Origin: Candidatus Saccharimonadales bacterium | GTDB lineage: Bacteria; Patescibacteriota; Saccharimonadia; Saccharimonadales; JAXHNE01 | NCBI GenBank assembly: GCA_041600755.1 | Contig: JBFIJL010000001.1 | Location: 186,896 to 250,895, forward strand | Direction: 5' to 3' | Length of the DNA stretch: 64,000 nt | In this document: positions 15,822 to 27,375 of the stretch, piece by piece | How the letters are laid out: each line of letters opens with the position of its first letter | Position numbering within the stretch: position 1 is the first letter of the stretch | Notes under the pieces: generated by a model | Seen by the model: the letters and a program-made list of their open reading frames with translations, nothing else | The model's database searches: none | Told to the model about the DNA's origin: nothing | Made by a program: the position numbers and the translations under genes

Positions 15822-17243
15822 ATGAAGAACAATGCGTCAGTTTTTTATGCGGTCATTCTAATTATTGGTGATGCCCTTGCGCTAATTGCAGCCTTTAGTG
15901 TGGCCTATATACTGCGCGTAAAACTCGACACCCGTTCACTCATCGAGCCAATCACTTCAATAGAGTTTCTATACACTTTTCTTTCGGTTCTGCCGTTCTG
16001 GTTAATTGTTCATGCTTCAATCGGACTATATCGTAATGATGTCTACGAAAAACGGTTTACTGAAATTGGGCGACTCATAACCGGGACATTTGTTGGAATC
16101 CTGGTAGTAATTGGCTATGATTTTGTGATTCAGGGCGCTCTGTTCCCCGCCAGACTCGTGCCAGTCTATGGTTTCTTCTTGGGATTTAGCTTTCTGCTGC
16201 TCTTTCGTACCACCGCACGCATAGTTCGACGTATTCTGTTTAGATTCAATATCGGAATAAGCGACATCCTAATAATTGGCAATACCGACGCTAGCGTTGA
16301 CCTTGCTCGTCTGATTTCTGATACTCGAACCAGTGGAATGCGCGTGGCTGGTATCGTGGGCATCAAAAGCCCTCGCTTTAAATGTTTCAAGGATTTTGCC
16401 GATGCAGTTCAAAAACTACCAAGCATGCCGCATGGAATTATTCATACCGAACTTTACCGTGATGATGTCAAAAATTCAGAGGTAGTTCGCTATGCTCAGG
16501 AAAATCACGTCTCGTACCGCTTTCTACCAGGCAATAGCACACTGTTTGTTGGCAATATTGAGGTTGACTTGTTTGCTGGCCAGCCGATGATTGCTGTTCA
16601 TCAAACCAAGTTGATTGGCTGGGGACGAATAGCCAAACGACTCTTTGACTTAATTGGCAGCACCACAGCACTTATTATTCTATCGCCTGTGTTATTGCTT
16701 GTAATCATCGCCCTAAAGCTAAGCGACCCACGCGGGCCGGTGTTTTTTAGGCAGATTCGCCTAACTAGGTTTAACCGTGAATTCAGGGTTTTCAAGTTTC
16801 GCACTCACCGCGCCGACATCAGTGGACTAACCGACAAGCAAGCTTTCGCCAAAATCGGAAAGCCAAAAATGTACGAAAAATACGTTGCAAATGGTTACGC
16901 ATTAGATCGAGACCCCCGCGTCAGCAGACTTGGTCGATTTTTACGCCGAACCAGCCTGGACGAACTCCCACAACTTTTCAATGTACTAATTGGAGATCTT
17001 AGCCTAGTTGGGCCGCGCACCCTCATTCCTGCCGAACTAAATACCTACAAGCGTAAACACGCTATTCTGAGCGTCAAAGCAGGTATTACTGGACTAGCCC
17101 AGATATCTGGTCGCGAAGATATTAGCTTTGATGAACGGCGACGCCTTGATGTTTTTTACGTACAAAACTGGAGCTTTTGGTTAGATATTAGTATTTTGTT
17201 TAGAACTATTCGCGCCGTACTAGGCGGCGTCGGAGCCAAATAA
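15822..17243 (+). CDS. polyprenyl-phosphate hexose-1-phosphate transferase (WbaP/CpsE-type initiating sugar transferase)
   Basis: ATG at 15822. N-terminal TMs, and a C-terminal bacterial sugar transferase domain (RLFDLIGS...PVFFRQIRLTRFNREFRVFKFRT...DELPQLFNVLIGDLSLVGPR). Confidence 0.9.
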   Translation: MKNNASVFYAVILIIGDALALIAAFSVAYILRVKLDTRSLIEPITSIEFLYTFLSVLPFWLIVHASIGLYRNDVYEKRFTEIGRLITGTFVGILVVIGYDFVIQGALFPARLVPVYGFFLGFSFLLLFRTTARIVRRILFRFNIGISDILIIGNTDASVDLARLISDTRTSGMRVAGIVGIKSPRFKCFKDFADAVQKLPSMPHGIIHTELYRDDVKNSEVVRYAQENHVSYRFLPGNSTLFVGNIEVDLFAGQPMIAVHQTKLIGWGRIAKRLFDLIGSTTALIILSPVLLLVIIALKLSDPRGPVFFRQIRLTRFNREFRVFKFRTHRADISGLTDKQAFAKIGKPKMYEKYVANGYALDRDPRVSRLGRFLRRTSLDELPQLFNVLIGDLSLVGPRTLIPAELNTYKRKHAILSVKAGITGLAQISGREDISFDERRRLDVFYVQNWSFWLDISILFRTIRAVLGGVGAK

Positions 17244-17274
17244 TGCAGGGATCAGTAAAGGTAATATCTAATAG

Positions 17275-17652
17275 ATGATAGATGAAAAGATTACCAAATT
17301 CGAGGATATGCCAGTGTGGAACGATGCAATTAGCCTTGCAGTTCTTGTGTACGAAATAACAAAACAATTTCCGAAAGAAGAGCAATTCTCTCTCACCAGC
17401 CAAATTCGACGAGCGGCAACCTCTATTTCTGCAAACATAGCTGAAGGTTTTGGCAGAAAAACAATCAAAGATAAGTTGCATTTTTACGTAATAGCGTATG
17501 GTTCATTACTTGAAGTAAAGAACTTTGTATACTTAAGTACTAGGCTGGATTTTATTACTGAATCTCAGCAATCTTCAATACTTGATTTATGTGTAAGTCT
17601 CCAGAAACAAATAAATGCGATAATGAGGCATATGAAAGAATCTTCGTCTTGA
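17275..17652 (+). CDS. four-helix-bundle protein (23S rRNA intervening-sequence protein family)
   Basis: 125 aa. The QIRRAATSISANIAEGFGR motif and overall pattern are typical of the TIGR02436-type family. Confidence 0.85.
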   Translation: MIDEKITKFEDMPVWNDAISLAVLVYEITKQFPKEEQFSLTSQIRRAATSISANIAEGFGRKTIKDKLHFYVIAYGSLLEVKNFVYLSTRLDFITESQQSSILDLCVSLQKQINAIMRHMKESSS

Positions 17653-18785
17653 GCTCATCACCTATCACCTATCAAAATTCACCTATCGACGGTTGCAAAG
17701 TTGCGATAGTGCATGACTGGCTGTACGGCGGTGGCGCCGAGAAGGTTGTACTCGAAATGCACAGGATGTTTCCCGATGCACCAATTTTCACCAGCTACGC
17801 CAGTAAAGAATGGCGGGAAAAGCTTGATGGCAAAGTTGTTACTAGCTACATGCAGCATTGGCCATTGTCTCGTCTTCGTAGGTTTCTGCCCATCCTAAGG
17901 CAAATTTGGTTTCGAAACCTAAACCTCACAAAGTTTGATGTAGTTATAAGTTCGAGCGGCAACGGCGAAGCAAAGTTTGTTCGTGTTCCAGAAAATGCCG
18001 CGCATATTTGCTACTCGCACACGCCGACGCATTTTTACTGGCGTCATTACGACGCCTATATTGCTAACCCTGGCTTTGGCATGTTCAATAGCCTAGCGCG
18101 TCTTGGTCTCAAAGTTCTAGTAAGGCCACTTCGTAAAGCCGACTACAAGGCAGCACAACTTGTTGATCATTTTATAGCCAACTCAACGCACATCGCTCGT
18201 GACATTCAAGAATACTATGATCGCGACTCGACAGTAATATTCCCGCCGGTAGATATTGAGCGATTCGAATCAGTCGACAGTCAGAGTGAACGAGCCGGCT
18301 TCGTGACGCTTGGTCGCTTAGTGCCAAATAAGCGCGTGGACCTAATTATAAAAGCCTGCAACCAATTAAAAGCACCTCTAACGGTTATTGGGCGCGGACC
18401 AGAACTAAAGTCGCTTAAAAAGCTCGCCGGTCCAACAATTGTCTTTCGCTCAAATGCTTCAGATGATGAAGTATCTCAATTATTATCTAAAGCAAATGCG
18501 TTCGTGTTTGCAAGCTTTGAAGACTTTGGCATTGCACCAGTAGAGGCGCTTGCCAGCGGGACGCCAGTCATAGCCTACCGTGCCGGTGGAGCATTAGACT
18601 ATGTTATTGAGGGAGTAAGTGGAGAATTCTTCAACGAGCAGACCACCCTGTCGTTGGCGGCGGCACTTAATTCATTCGAACCATCAAAATATAACTCACG
18701 TGATATAAAAAAGGTTGCCAAAAAGTTCTCTCAATCAAAATTTCAAGAAAACTTGCACAACTACATGCACGGCGTTCTACAATAG
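17649..18785 (+). CDS. glycosyltransferase family 4
   Basis: KVAIVHDWLYGGGAEKV N-terminus and a C-terminal EDFGIAPVEALASGTPVIA GT4 motif. Start uncertain: TTG 17649 (TTGA overlap with the previous stop) or GTG 17707. Confidence 0.85.
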   Translation: MSSSPITYQNSPIDGCKVAIVHDWLYGGGAEKVVLEMHRMFPDAPIFTSYASKEWREKLDGKVVTSYMQHWPLSRLRRFLPILRQIWFRNLNLTKFDVVISSSGNGEAKFVRVPENAAHICYSHTPTHFYWRHYDAYIANPGFGMFNSLARLGLKVLVRPLRKADYKAAQLVDHFIANSTHIARDIQEYYDRDSTVIFPPVDIERFESVDSQSERAGFVTLGRLVPNKRVDLIIKACNQLKAPLTVIGRGPELKSLKKLAGPTIVFRSNASDDEVSQLLSKANAFVFASFEDFGIAPVEALASGTPVIAYRAGGALDYVIEGVSGEFFNEQTTLSLAAALNSFEPSKYNSRDIKKVAKKFSQSKFQENLHNYMHGVLQ

Positions 18786-18828
18786 ACCCTGCGCGGAAAT
18801 ATCAAATTGAAATTAGTAGGACGTATAC

Positions 18829-20664
18829 ATGTGTGGAATTGTTGGCTATATTGGCAAAAAAGGACAAGCAAAGCAGTTTGTAATTGATGGTTTGGAGTCG
18901 TTAGAATACAGGGGTTACGACTCGGCAGGCATTGCTATTGTTGACGGCGCTCATGGACTACTCGAAAAGCAAGCTGGGCGAGTAGAGAATCTTATAGAGG
19001 CGCTCGAAGCCTCAGGAGAATTTGGAACAGATATGCGAGCGATTGGACACACGCGTTGGGCTACTCACGGCTCTCCCACCAAAGCCAACGCACACCCGCA
19101 CACTAACCAAAACCAGACAGTATTTGTAGTTCATAATGGGATTATCGAAAACTATCAAGAGCTTCGAGATAGGTTAGTCGATAAAGGTTACGAATTTGCA
19201 TCAGAAACCGACACAGAAGTTATTCCACACCTAATTGATCAGTACATGAGCGAACACAAATCGTTTCAAGCTGCATTTCAAGCTGCAATCAAGGACCTAA
19301 GGGGCGCCTACGCTATTGCAGCAATTAGCACTACTGAGCCCGATACAGTCTACGCCGCTAAGCTTTCAAGCCCCTTGGTGATAGGCGTTGGAAACTCAGA
19401 ACACTTTTTAGCATCGGACCCTGGTGCGCTCTTGCACAAAACCAAGAAAGTATTGTACCTAAACGACTATGAGGTTGCTAAAATTACCCCGGGGAAAGTC
19501 ACAATTCATAATTTACAAAAAGCAATTGAAGTGCAGCGAGACCATGAAGAACTAGACTTTGATGCCGAGAGAGCGCAGCTTGGAGACTACGAGCATTTTA
19601 TGATCAAAGAAATCAATGAGGCACCTCAAACTGTCCAATCGGCCACGCGAGGCCGTGTGCGCCCGGAGTCTAACACTATCAAACTTGGTGGGCTTGAAAG
19701 CGTAGACGAACAGTTGCGATTTATTGATCGTATTGTAATCGTTGCCTGTGGCACCTCGTACTATGCAGGACTGGTTGGAGAGTATCTGATTGAGGAGCTG
19801 GCTGGGATTCCAGTGGAAGTACAGCTCGCGTCAGAGTTCAAATATCGAAACGAGCCATTTTCCCGCAGTACAGCCCTCCTAGCAATCTCTCAATCCGGTG
19901 AAACAGCCGACACAATTGCAGCCATAAAAAAAGTAGAAAACTATGGGGTGCTCACACTTGGCGTCGTTAACGCCGTAGGATCAACTATCGCCCGCATGAC
20001 CAATGCTGGTGTTTACTGCCATGCTGGACCTGAGCAATCTGTCGCTAGCACCAAAGCATTCATCGCCCAGGTCACTGTGCTTACAGAAATAGCTTTGCAC
20101 CTCAGTCAAGGCAAAACACCACTATTCAAGCCAGTTCTTCAAGAATTATCCCTTCTTCCAAATAAAATCGAAGCGATTTTAGATGATGAAAAGTCTATCA
20201 AAAAACTAGCCAATAAATACGCAGATCATGATGATTTCTTATTTATTGGTCGAGGCTATAATTACCCGTCTGCACTGGAAGGTGCACTAAAGCTCAAAGA
20301 AGTCAGCTACATTCACGCCGAAGGCTACGCAGCCGGCGAGATGAAGCATGGACCTCTAGCCCTCATCGACAAATCATTTCCAACCTTTGCAATCGCCACC
20401 AACTCCTCCCTGCTGGATAAAACGCTGTCGAGTATAGAAGAAATAAAAGCACGAGGCGGCCCACTGCTCGCCGTTGCCACCAAGGGCAATAAAAAGGTCA
20501 GCAAGTTAGTTAATGACATTATCTACATTCCAGATACGCTTGAACAATTGCAGCCGTTGCTCGTTGCAACCGTTATGCAGCTTTTTGCATACCACGTTGC
20601 GACCTCAAAAAAGCTTAATGTTGATCGTCCACGCAACCTCGCAAAATCCGTAACAGTCGAGTAG
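18829..20664 (+). CDS. glmS: glutamine--fructose-6-phosphate aminotransferase
   Basis: MCGIVGYIG N-terminal nucleophile, two SIS domains, C-terminal KSVTVE. Confidence 0.97.
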   Translation: MCGIVGYIGKKGQAKQFVIDGLESLEYRGYDSAGIAIVDGAHGLLEKQAGRVENLIEALEASGEFGTDMRAIGHTRWATHGSPTKANAHPHTNQNQTVFVVHNGIIENYQELRDRLVDKGYEFASETDTEVIPHLIDQYMSEHKSFQAAFQAAIKDLRGAYAIAAISTTEPDTVYAAKLSSPLVIGVGNSEHFLASDPGALLHKTKKVLYLNDYEVAKITPGKVTIHNLQKAIEVQRDHEELDFDAERAQLGDYEHFMIKEINEAPQTVQSATRGRVRPESNTIKLGGLESVDEQLRFIDRIVIVACGTSYYAGLVGEYLIEELAGIPVEVQLASEFKYRNEPFSRSTALLAISQSGETADTIAAIKKVENYGVLTLGVVNAVGSTIARMTNAGVYCHAGPEQSVASTKAFIAQVTVLTEIALHLSQGKTPLFKPVLQELSLLPNKIEAILDDEKSIKKLANKYADHDDFLFIGRGYNYPSALEGALKLKEVSYIHAEGYAAGEMKHGPLALIDKSFPTFAIATNSSLLDKTLSSIEEIKARGGPLLAVATKGNKKVSKLVNDIIYIPDTLEQLQPLLVATVMQLFAYHVATSKKLNVDRPRNLAKSVTVE

Positions 20665-20665
20665 G

Positions 20666-21109
20666 TTAGTCTTCTATGCCGATTGCTTGATTGATTCGAG
20701 TTGAAGAATCACGTTTCACAACGTCCTGGCTGCCAACTCCAAAAATCATTTCTATACCGAGTTTTTTGCAGGTTTGTGTTTCGGGAATTGCTCGTTCGCC
20801 GTCACGGTCTCCGCCATTGGCAAATATAAGATCGTCACCTGGATACATGTCGTGGATGTGCTGCAACGTTTCGATAACTGGCGGGTTGGTGTCAATGGCG
20901 AGCATACTCTCGTCAACATCTCGTAGTGCTCGAACCAAACGCAAACGATTGGCCTCGTCCAGTATTATTTTGCCCTTTTTGAGCATTGCCTGCTGATCGT
21001 TATTTACTACAACTATCAGGTAATCTCCAAGCTCCCGGGCAGTCTCAATCATGTCTAAATGACCTCCGTGCAGCGGATTAAAATATCCACTTACAATGAC
21101 GCGCTTCAT
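20666..21109 (-). CDS. cytidylyltransferase-fold nucleotidyltransferase (TagD/HldE-domain-II-like)
   Basis: 147 aa. VIVSGYFNPLHGGHLDMIETARELGDYLIVVVNND (HxGH motif). Substrate not assignable. Confidence 0.7.
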   Translation of the reverse strand: MKRVIVSGYFNPLHGGHLDMIETARELGDYLIVVVNNDQQAMLKKGKIILDEANRLRLVRALRDVDESMLAIDTNPPVIETLQHIHDMYPGDDLIFANGGDRDGERAIPETQTCKKLGIEMIFGVGSQDVVKRDSSTRINQAIGIED

Positions 21110-21873
21110 GAAACTTTTACGATTCCTTCAATCGCGTAAGCTGTGTCCACCCATGAACGTACCGGTATGCAATCAATTCCCATTTCCTCAACTGCAAAGT
21201 CATTCCCACCTGGCATGATTTTGTCGCCCATAAACAGAACATCCTCGATCGATATACCCATGGTGTCAATGAGTTTTTGCATGCCATAACCTTTGTCGAC
21301 ACCAGGAAATGTGACATCTATCGATGTGAGCCCAGCTACCTTTACATTAAACTTAGGTATCATTTTTTGAACTAATTCAGCGATTTCAAGACGCAACTTC
21401 ATGTCAGGATCCCAGGTCTCCTTAATCTGCAATCCCTGCTCTCCTAGCTCTGCTACCACCTCTTGCCCGAGCGGAGATAATGTAATCTGGCTATCTCGGT
21501 CCTCAATTATAGGCCCATATGTTTTCTCAATTTGATGCCCAGATTCCTTTAGTCCGAGCTCTAGCGCGGATATAATTTTCTTCTTTTCCGTGGGCGTAAA
21601 GTCTTCTGCAAACTGCAACTTCCATTCATTGTTTTTGAATCGATAGTAACGAGTGCCACTCGTTGGCAGTAAGTGAAGACGCTCAAGAGAAGCAGGCTCA
21701 GAAGTGATTTGAGAAAGGAACTGTCGTTTGAATAACTCAAACTTGGCGCCAGAAATGACACAAACCTCATATTTTGCGAGCAACTGGTCAAACAAAGCCA
21801 CCATTCGAGGATTAAAATGTGATTTACTTGGCGCTAATGTTCCATCCAAATCGAACGCAATCAACTTTTTCAT
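21106..21873 (-). CDS. HAD-IIB family hydrolase / phosphomannomutase-like protein
   Basis: LIAFDLDGTLAPSK (DxDGT nucleophile motif) and C-terminal MGDKIMPGGNDFAV. ATGA overlap with the downstream nucleotidyltransferase. Confidence 0.65.
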   Translation of the reverse strand: MKKLIAFDLDGTLAPSKSHFNPRMVALFDQLLAKYEVCVISGAKFELFKRQFLSQITSEPASLERLHLLPTSGTRYYRFKNNEWKLQFAEDFTPTEKKKIISALELGLKESGHQIEKTYGPIIEDRDSQITLSPLGQEVVAELGEQGLQIKETWDPDMKLRLEIAELVQKMIPKFNVKVAGLTSIDVTFPGVDKGYGMQKLIDTMGISIEDVLFMGDKIMPGGNDFAVEEMGIDCIPVRSWVDTAYAIEGIVKVS

Positions 21874-21882
21874 ATCTACTCC

Positions 21883-22782
21883 TTATTTTCCAATAACATC
21901 TTGCAAATATTCCCTGAAGTCCGCACCAATATCATCTCTGGCTAATGCAAAATCAACAACCGTCTTGACGTAATCCAGCTTGTTGCCCGCATCGTAGAAT
22001 TTCCCATTTTCAATCTCGCAGCCATAAATCTTATAGCCATCGTCAATCATGTCCTGCATTGCAGTCTGCATGATAAATTCTTCGCCAGGCTGGAGCGTTT
22101 TGCGGCGTTTGTGCAGGTACGGAAAGATTGCCGGGTCAATTATGTAGCCGCTAACAGAAGCAAAGTCAGACCCCGCCGCCTCGCGACTGCCCGGTTTTTC
22201 AATAATTTTGCTTGTTTCTATAATTCCATCAGAGATTTCTTCCCCAGCCACAAAGCCATAGCGCGAATAATCCTCATCAGATTGCGCACGAACACATGTT
22301 AGCTCCATGCCTCCGCGCTCATTGTGAACTGCAAGTAGTTGCTTAAAGCGGCTTGGTGAAGCGCTCACAAAGTCATCTGCAAAAGCAAAATAGAACGGCT
22401 CGTCACCCAGCAGATGCTCGGCACAAAGTAATGGCGTAGCGTTGCCGTACACGCCTTTTTGCCTGATGTAGGCAAAGTTGGCTAGATCAGAAATATGATC
22501 GACTTCTTCTAGTCGGTCAAGCTTGCCGCCCTCAACTAAGTTCTGGCGCAAATCTGCGCTAATTTCATCAAAATGATCCTCGATTGCCCGCTTGTGGTAA
22601 CCAGTTACAATCACGATATCTTCAACGCCAGCCTCAACCAACTCCTCGACGATGTACTGAATAATCGGCTTATCTACAAGCGGCAACATCTCTTTGGGCA
22701 TTGCCTTGGTCTGTGGCAAGAATCGCGTACCAAAACCGGCTGCAGCAATAACTGCCTTTTTTATAACTTTGTCTTTTTTCAT
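21883..22782 (-). CDS. galU: UTP--glucose-1-phosphate uridylyltransferase
   Basis: AVIAAAGFGTRFLPQTKAMPKEMLPLVDKPIIQY signature. Confidence 0.9.
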   Translation of the reverse strand: MKKDKVIKKAVIAAAGFGTRFLPQTKAMPKEMLPLVDKPIIQYIVEELVEAGVEDIVIVTGYHKRAIEDHFDEISADLRQNLVEGGKLDRLEEVDHISDLANFAYIRQKGVYGNATPLLCAEHLLGDEPFYFAFADDFVSASPSRFKQLLAVHNERGGMELTCVRAQSDEDYSRYGFVAGEEISDGIIETSKIIEKPGSREAAGSDFASVSGYIIDPAIFPYLHKRRKTLQPGEEFIMQTAMQDMIDDGYKIYGCEIENGKFYDAGNKLDYVKTVVDFALARDDIGADFREYLQDVIGK

Positions 22783-22806
22783 ACCTAGCTAGTCTACCAT
22801 TTTTAG

Positions 22807-23829
<1,023 letters not shown>

Positions 23830-24378
23830 GTGTCCTGGAAGAAGCTTAGCTCAAAAATTATCTATAAGAATAAATGGTTCTACGTAAGTGAAGATCAAAC
23901 GCTTAACTCCCAAAATAAACCCACTACCTATAGTACATTTACCATTACCGACGACATCGTATATGTGGCGGCCGTAGACCAGGATAAAAAGGTACACCTT
24001 GTAGAGCAGTATCGTTATCCAATACAGGAGAATTCATGGGAGCTAGTTGCCGGACACACAGATAATGACGAGCCTGTTGAAGCCGCAAAACGTGAGCTTT
24101 TAGAAGAGGCGGGCATCGAGGCCGCAAATTACACAAAACTAGGCAGGTACTACATCGACAAAGGGCTGTCTGGATCTGGCTATACGCTTTACTTAGCCAC
24201 AGAGCTCAGTAAAGTAACCGATGAACTTGATCAAGAAGATGGCATAATTCAGACCAAAAAGTTCACAGAAGATGAAATAAACACAATGGTCGCCAATAAC
24301 ACATTAAAGGATGCCCACACTATCGCAGCACTATATGTGGTTTTTGAGCACTTACGCAAAGGAGAGGACAATGAATAA
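23830..24378 (+). CDS. NUDIX hydrolase
   Basis: Nudix box GHTDNDEPVEAAKRELLEEAGIEA. GTG start directly after the rfbB stop; overlaps the rfbC start by 8 nt. Confidence 0.85.
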   Translation: MSWKKLSSKIIYKNKWFYVSEDQTLNSQNKPTTYSTFTITDDIVYVAAVDQDKKVHLVEQYRYPIQENSWELVAGHTDNDEPVEAAKRELLEEAGIEAANYTKLGRYYIDKGLSGSGYTLYLATELSKVTDELDQEDGIIQTKKFTEDEINTMVANNTLKDAHTIAALYVVFEHLRKGEDNE

Positions 24379-24919
24379 TCTGACAGTTAGCGAGTCACCA
24401 ATTCCAGGGCTTTTTGTAATAGACCTTCCCTTGTATGGAGACAATCGGGGTTGGTTTAAAGAAAATTATCAAAAAGAAAAAATGGAAGCGCTTGGTCTTC
24501 CGCAGTTCGATGTTGTTCAAAATAACTTCTCATACAATGAAGAAACTGGCGTTACTCGAGGCTTGCACGCTGAACCATGGGAGAAATACATTTCAGTCGC
24601 CAATGGCCGGGTGTTTGGGGCCTGGGTAGACCTACGTAAAGGCGATAGCTTTGGAGCTGTTTTCACTACCGAAATTACTCCCGACAAAGCAATTTTTGTC
24701 CCACGAGGCGTTGCCAATGGCTACCAGACACTAGAGGCAAACGTAACCTACACATATCTCGTAAACGAACACTGGTCACCTGAGGCAAGCTACACATTCG
24801 TTAACCTATTCGACAAAACTGTTGCCATCGACTGGCCTATTTCGCAAGAGAATGCAATCGTGTCAGACAAAGACAAAGCACACCCAACGCTCGACCAAGT
24901 AATTCCGATGGAGGTTTAG
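24371..24919 (+). CDS. rfbC: dTDP-4-dehydrorhamnose 3,5-epimerase
   Basis: ATG at 24371. GDNRGWFKENY and RGLHAEPW motifs of RmlC cupins. Confidence 0.9.
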   Translation: MNNLTVSESPIPGLFVIDLPLYGDNRGWFKENYQKEKMEALGLPQFDVVQNNFSYNEETGVTRGLHAEPWEKYISVANGRVFGAWVDLRKGDSFGAVFTTEITPDKAIFVPRGVANGYQTLEANVTYTYLVNEHWSPEASYTFVNLFDKTVAIDWPISQENAIVSDKDKAHPTLDQVIPMEV

Positions 24920-24921
24920 TT

Positions 24922-25806
24922 GTGGACGACACAAAAATATTTATCGTTGGGGCTAATGGACAACTTGGAACTGCGCTGCGTGAACAATATCCCAAAGCTG
25001 GGTTTGCAGACATATCAGAACTGGATATAACAGATAAGGAATCTGTAGAGGAGTTCGATTGGACCCCCTACAAAGTCATTATTAATGCGGCTGCATACAC
25101 TAATGTCGATGGCGCCGAAACACCAGAAGGTCGACCTCTTGCCTGGGCAGTCAATGCCGATGCTGTTGCTAATCTAGTGGCCGCAGCCGCACAGCACGAC
25201 ACAACACTGGTGCACATATCTTCAGACTACGTTTTTGACGGCACCGTCAAAGAGCACGACGAAGATGAAGCATTTGCACCATTATCTGTATATGGCGCCA
25301 GTAAGGCCGCTGGCGATTTAGTAGTTAGTCTCACGCCAAAATTTTATATTCTTCGTACAAGCTGGGTAATCGGAGAAGGCAAAAACTTTGTACGCACAAT
25401 GCTAGAACTCGGTAAAAAGGGCATTAATCCAACGGTTGTATCTGACCAAATTGGCCGCCTCACCTTCACTGCAGAGCTCGTTCGAGCCATCGACTACCTC
25501 CTAAACTTATCGATCACTTATGAGTCATCACCCATGGAACAACCTGCTCCATACGGCACCTACAACGTCAGCAATAGCGGCGAGCCAGCCAGCTGGGCCG
25601 ATATTACACGCAAAATATATGAGCTAGCTGGCCTGTCCAACACCGTAACTGATATCTCCACTGCAGATTATTACGCCGGCAAAGAAAATATCGCCTCTCG
25701 CCCTCTGCAAAGTTCATTAAATCTTGCTAAACTAACAGGTACAGGTTTCAAGTCAACAGACTGGGTGGATGACCTCACAAACTACATAGCCAAGGAGCAG
25801 TCATAG
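24922..25806 (+). CDS. rfbD: dTDP-4-dehydrorhamnose reductase
   Basis: GTG start. IVGANGQLG Rossmann motif, SSDYVFDG and YGASKAAGD catalytic region. Confidence 0.9.
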   Translation: MDDTKIFIVGANGQLGTALREQYPKAGFADISELDITDKESVEEFDWTPYKVIINAAAYTNVDGAETPEGRPLAWAVNADAVANLVAAAAQHDTTLVHISSDYVFDGTVKEHDEDEAFAPLSVYGASKAAGDLVVSLTPKFYILRTSWVIGEGKNFVRTMLELGKKGINPTVVSDQIGRLTFTAELVRAIDYLLNLSITYESSPMEQPAPYGTYNVSNSGEPASWADITRKIYELAGLSNTVTDISTADYYAGKENIASRPLQSSLNLAKLTGTGFKSTDWVDDLTNYIAKEQS

Positions 25807-25807
25807 C

Positions 25808-26668
25808 ATGAAGGGAATAATTCTAGCAGGAGGTAGTGGCACACGTCTCTACCCAATCACCAAAGGCATCAGCAAGCAGCTCATGCCGATCTATGACAAG
25901 CCGATGATCTACTACCCGCTCAGCACACTTATACAGGCTGGCATTCAAGACATTCTGATAATCACTACACCTCACGATAGGCCGCAGTTTGAGCGACTCT
26001 TAGGCGACGGTAGTGAATGGGGTATATCGCTCACCTACGCCGTTCAACCAAGCCCAGATGGGCTTGCACAAGCATTTATAATCGGTGAGGATTTTATTGG
26101 TGACAACAGTGTGGCGCTGGTTCTAGGTGACAACATCTTCTATGGACACGATTTTGACGACAGCCTCAAAGCCTGCACCAATCCTGAGGGGGGCATTGTA
26201 TTCGCCTACCAAGTTTCTGACCCAGAACGCTACGGCGTCGTGGAGTTTGACCAAAATCTGCAAGCAAAGTCTATCGAGGAAAAGCCAACAAGCCCAAAGT
26301 CTAACTTTGCGGTGGTTGGATTATACTTTTACGATAACTCGGTGGTAGAAATTGCAAAAAATATACAACCCAGCGAGCGTGGCGAGTTAGAAATAACTTC
26401 TATTAACGAAGAATACCTAAACCGTGGCAAGCTAAAGGTCGAGACCATGGACCGCGGGTCAGCTTGGCTCGATACCGGCACCTTCGAATCCATGAACGAC
26501 GCCAGCGAATACATTCGCGTCATCGAAAAAAGAACAGGTTTAAAAATCGGCTGCCCAGAAGAAATTGCCTACCGAGAAGGTTTCATCACAAAAGACCAGC
26601 TTCTTGCCCTTGCCGAACCTCTTATAAAGTCTGGCTACGGCAAATACCTTTCAGGAGTGGTCAAATGA
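25808..26668 (+). CDS. rfbA: glucose-1-phosphate thymidylyltransferase
   Basis: [18 protein letters not shown]...[16 protein letters not shown] signature. Confidence 0.95.
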   Translation: MKGIILAGGSGTRLYPITKGISKQLMPIYDKPMIYYPLSTLIQAGIQDILIITTPHDRPQFERLLGDGSEWGISLTYAVQPSPDGLAQAFIIGEDFIGDNSVALVLGDNIFYGHDFDDSLKACTNPEGGIVFAYQVSDPERYGVVEFDQNLQAKSIEEKPTSPKSNFAVVGLYFYDNSVVEIAKNIQPSERGELEITSINEEYLNRGKLKVETMDRGSAWLDTGTFESMNDASEYIRVIEKRTGLKIGCPEEIAYREGFITKDQLLALAEPLIKSGYGKYLSGVVK

Positions 26669-27375
26669 AACAATCAGTAGCGTTCATAATCCCGGCTTAC
26701 AATGAAGCTACTGTGATTCAGGGAGTTATTAAAGACCTCATAAAATCAGCCAAAAAAGAGTCTTTCAACTTCGAAGTTGTAGTCATCGACGATGGGTCAA
26801 AAGATGCAACATTGAATGAAGCAAAAAAAGGCGGCGCAACCGTCATCCGCCACATCCTCAACAGTGGAAGCGGCGGCGCAACAGCAACTGGCCTCAGTTA
26901 CGCCCAGCAAAACGACTTTTTTATTGCAGCAACTCTCGATGCTGATGGCCAACACAAAGCCTCGGACGTGATAAATGGAGTTAACTTGCTACTGAACAAT
27001 AAGTCGACTGCCGATCTGCTAATTGGCAGTCGACTTATTGATTCAAGCGGAATGTCACGTGTAAAGATCCTGGGCAATAAAGGCCTTAGTTTTATTACAA
27101 AACTCATCTTTGGTGTTAGCGTTACCGACTCGCAGTCGGGTCTTCGCATTTATTCGCGCAATGCTCTTGATAACCTAAAATGGAAGACAAGCGGCTTTGA
27201 ATTTTGCTCCGAAATGCTGTGGCGAGCAGACCAACTCAACCTTAAAATTGAGGAATACCCTATAGAGGCAATCTATTCTGATTACTCAAAGGGCAAGGGT
27301 CAGAACAATTGGAATGCCTTCAATATTGTGAAATCACTAATAAAACGAAGATTCGTGGAGGTGTTCGGTGAGTAG
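26665..27375 (+). CDS. GT2 polyprenyl-phosphate glycosyltransferase (GtrB/DPM1-like)
   Basis: ATG at 26665 (ATGA overlap with rfbA). [13 protein letters not shown]...[12 protein letters not shown]...LDADGQH. The long N-terminal extension from 26464 is an out-of-frame artefact over rfbA. Confidence 0.85.
   Translation: MKQSVAFIIPAYNEATVIQGVIKDLIKSAKKESFNFEVVVIDDGSKDATLNEAKKGGATVIRHILNSGSGGATATGLSYAQQNDFFIAATLDADGQHKASDVINGVNLLLNNKSTADLLIGSRLIDSSGMSRVKILGNKGLSFITKLIFGVSVTDSQSGLRIYSRNALDNLKWKTSGFEFCSEMLWRADQLNLKIEEYPIEAIYSDYSKGKGQNNWNAFNIVKSLIKRRFVEVFGE

Noticed and set aside
18786-18828. glmS ribozyme upstream of glmS
   Set aside because: Only 43 nt separate glmS from the preceding GT4 stop. 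That is too short for the approx. 170-nt ribozyme, and no conserved core is seen.
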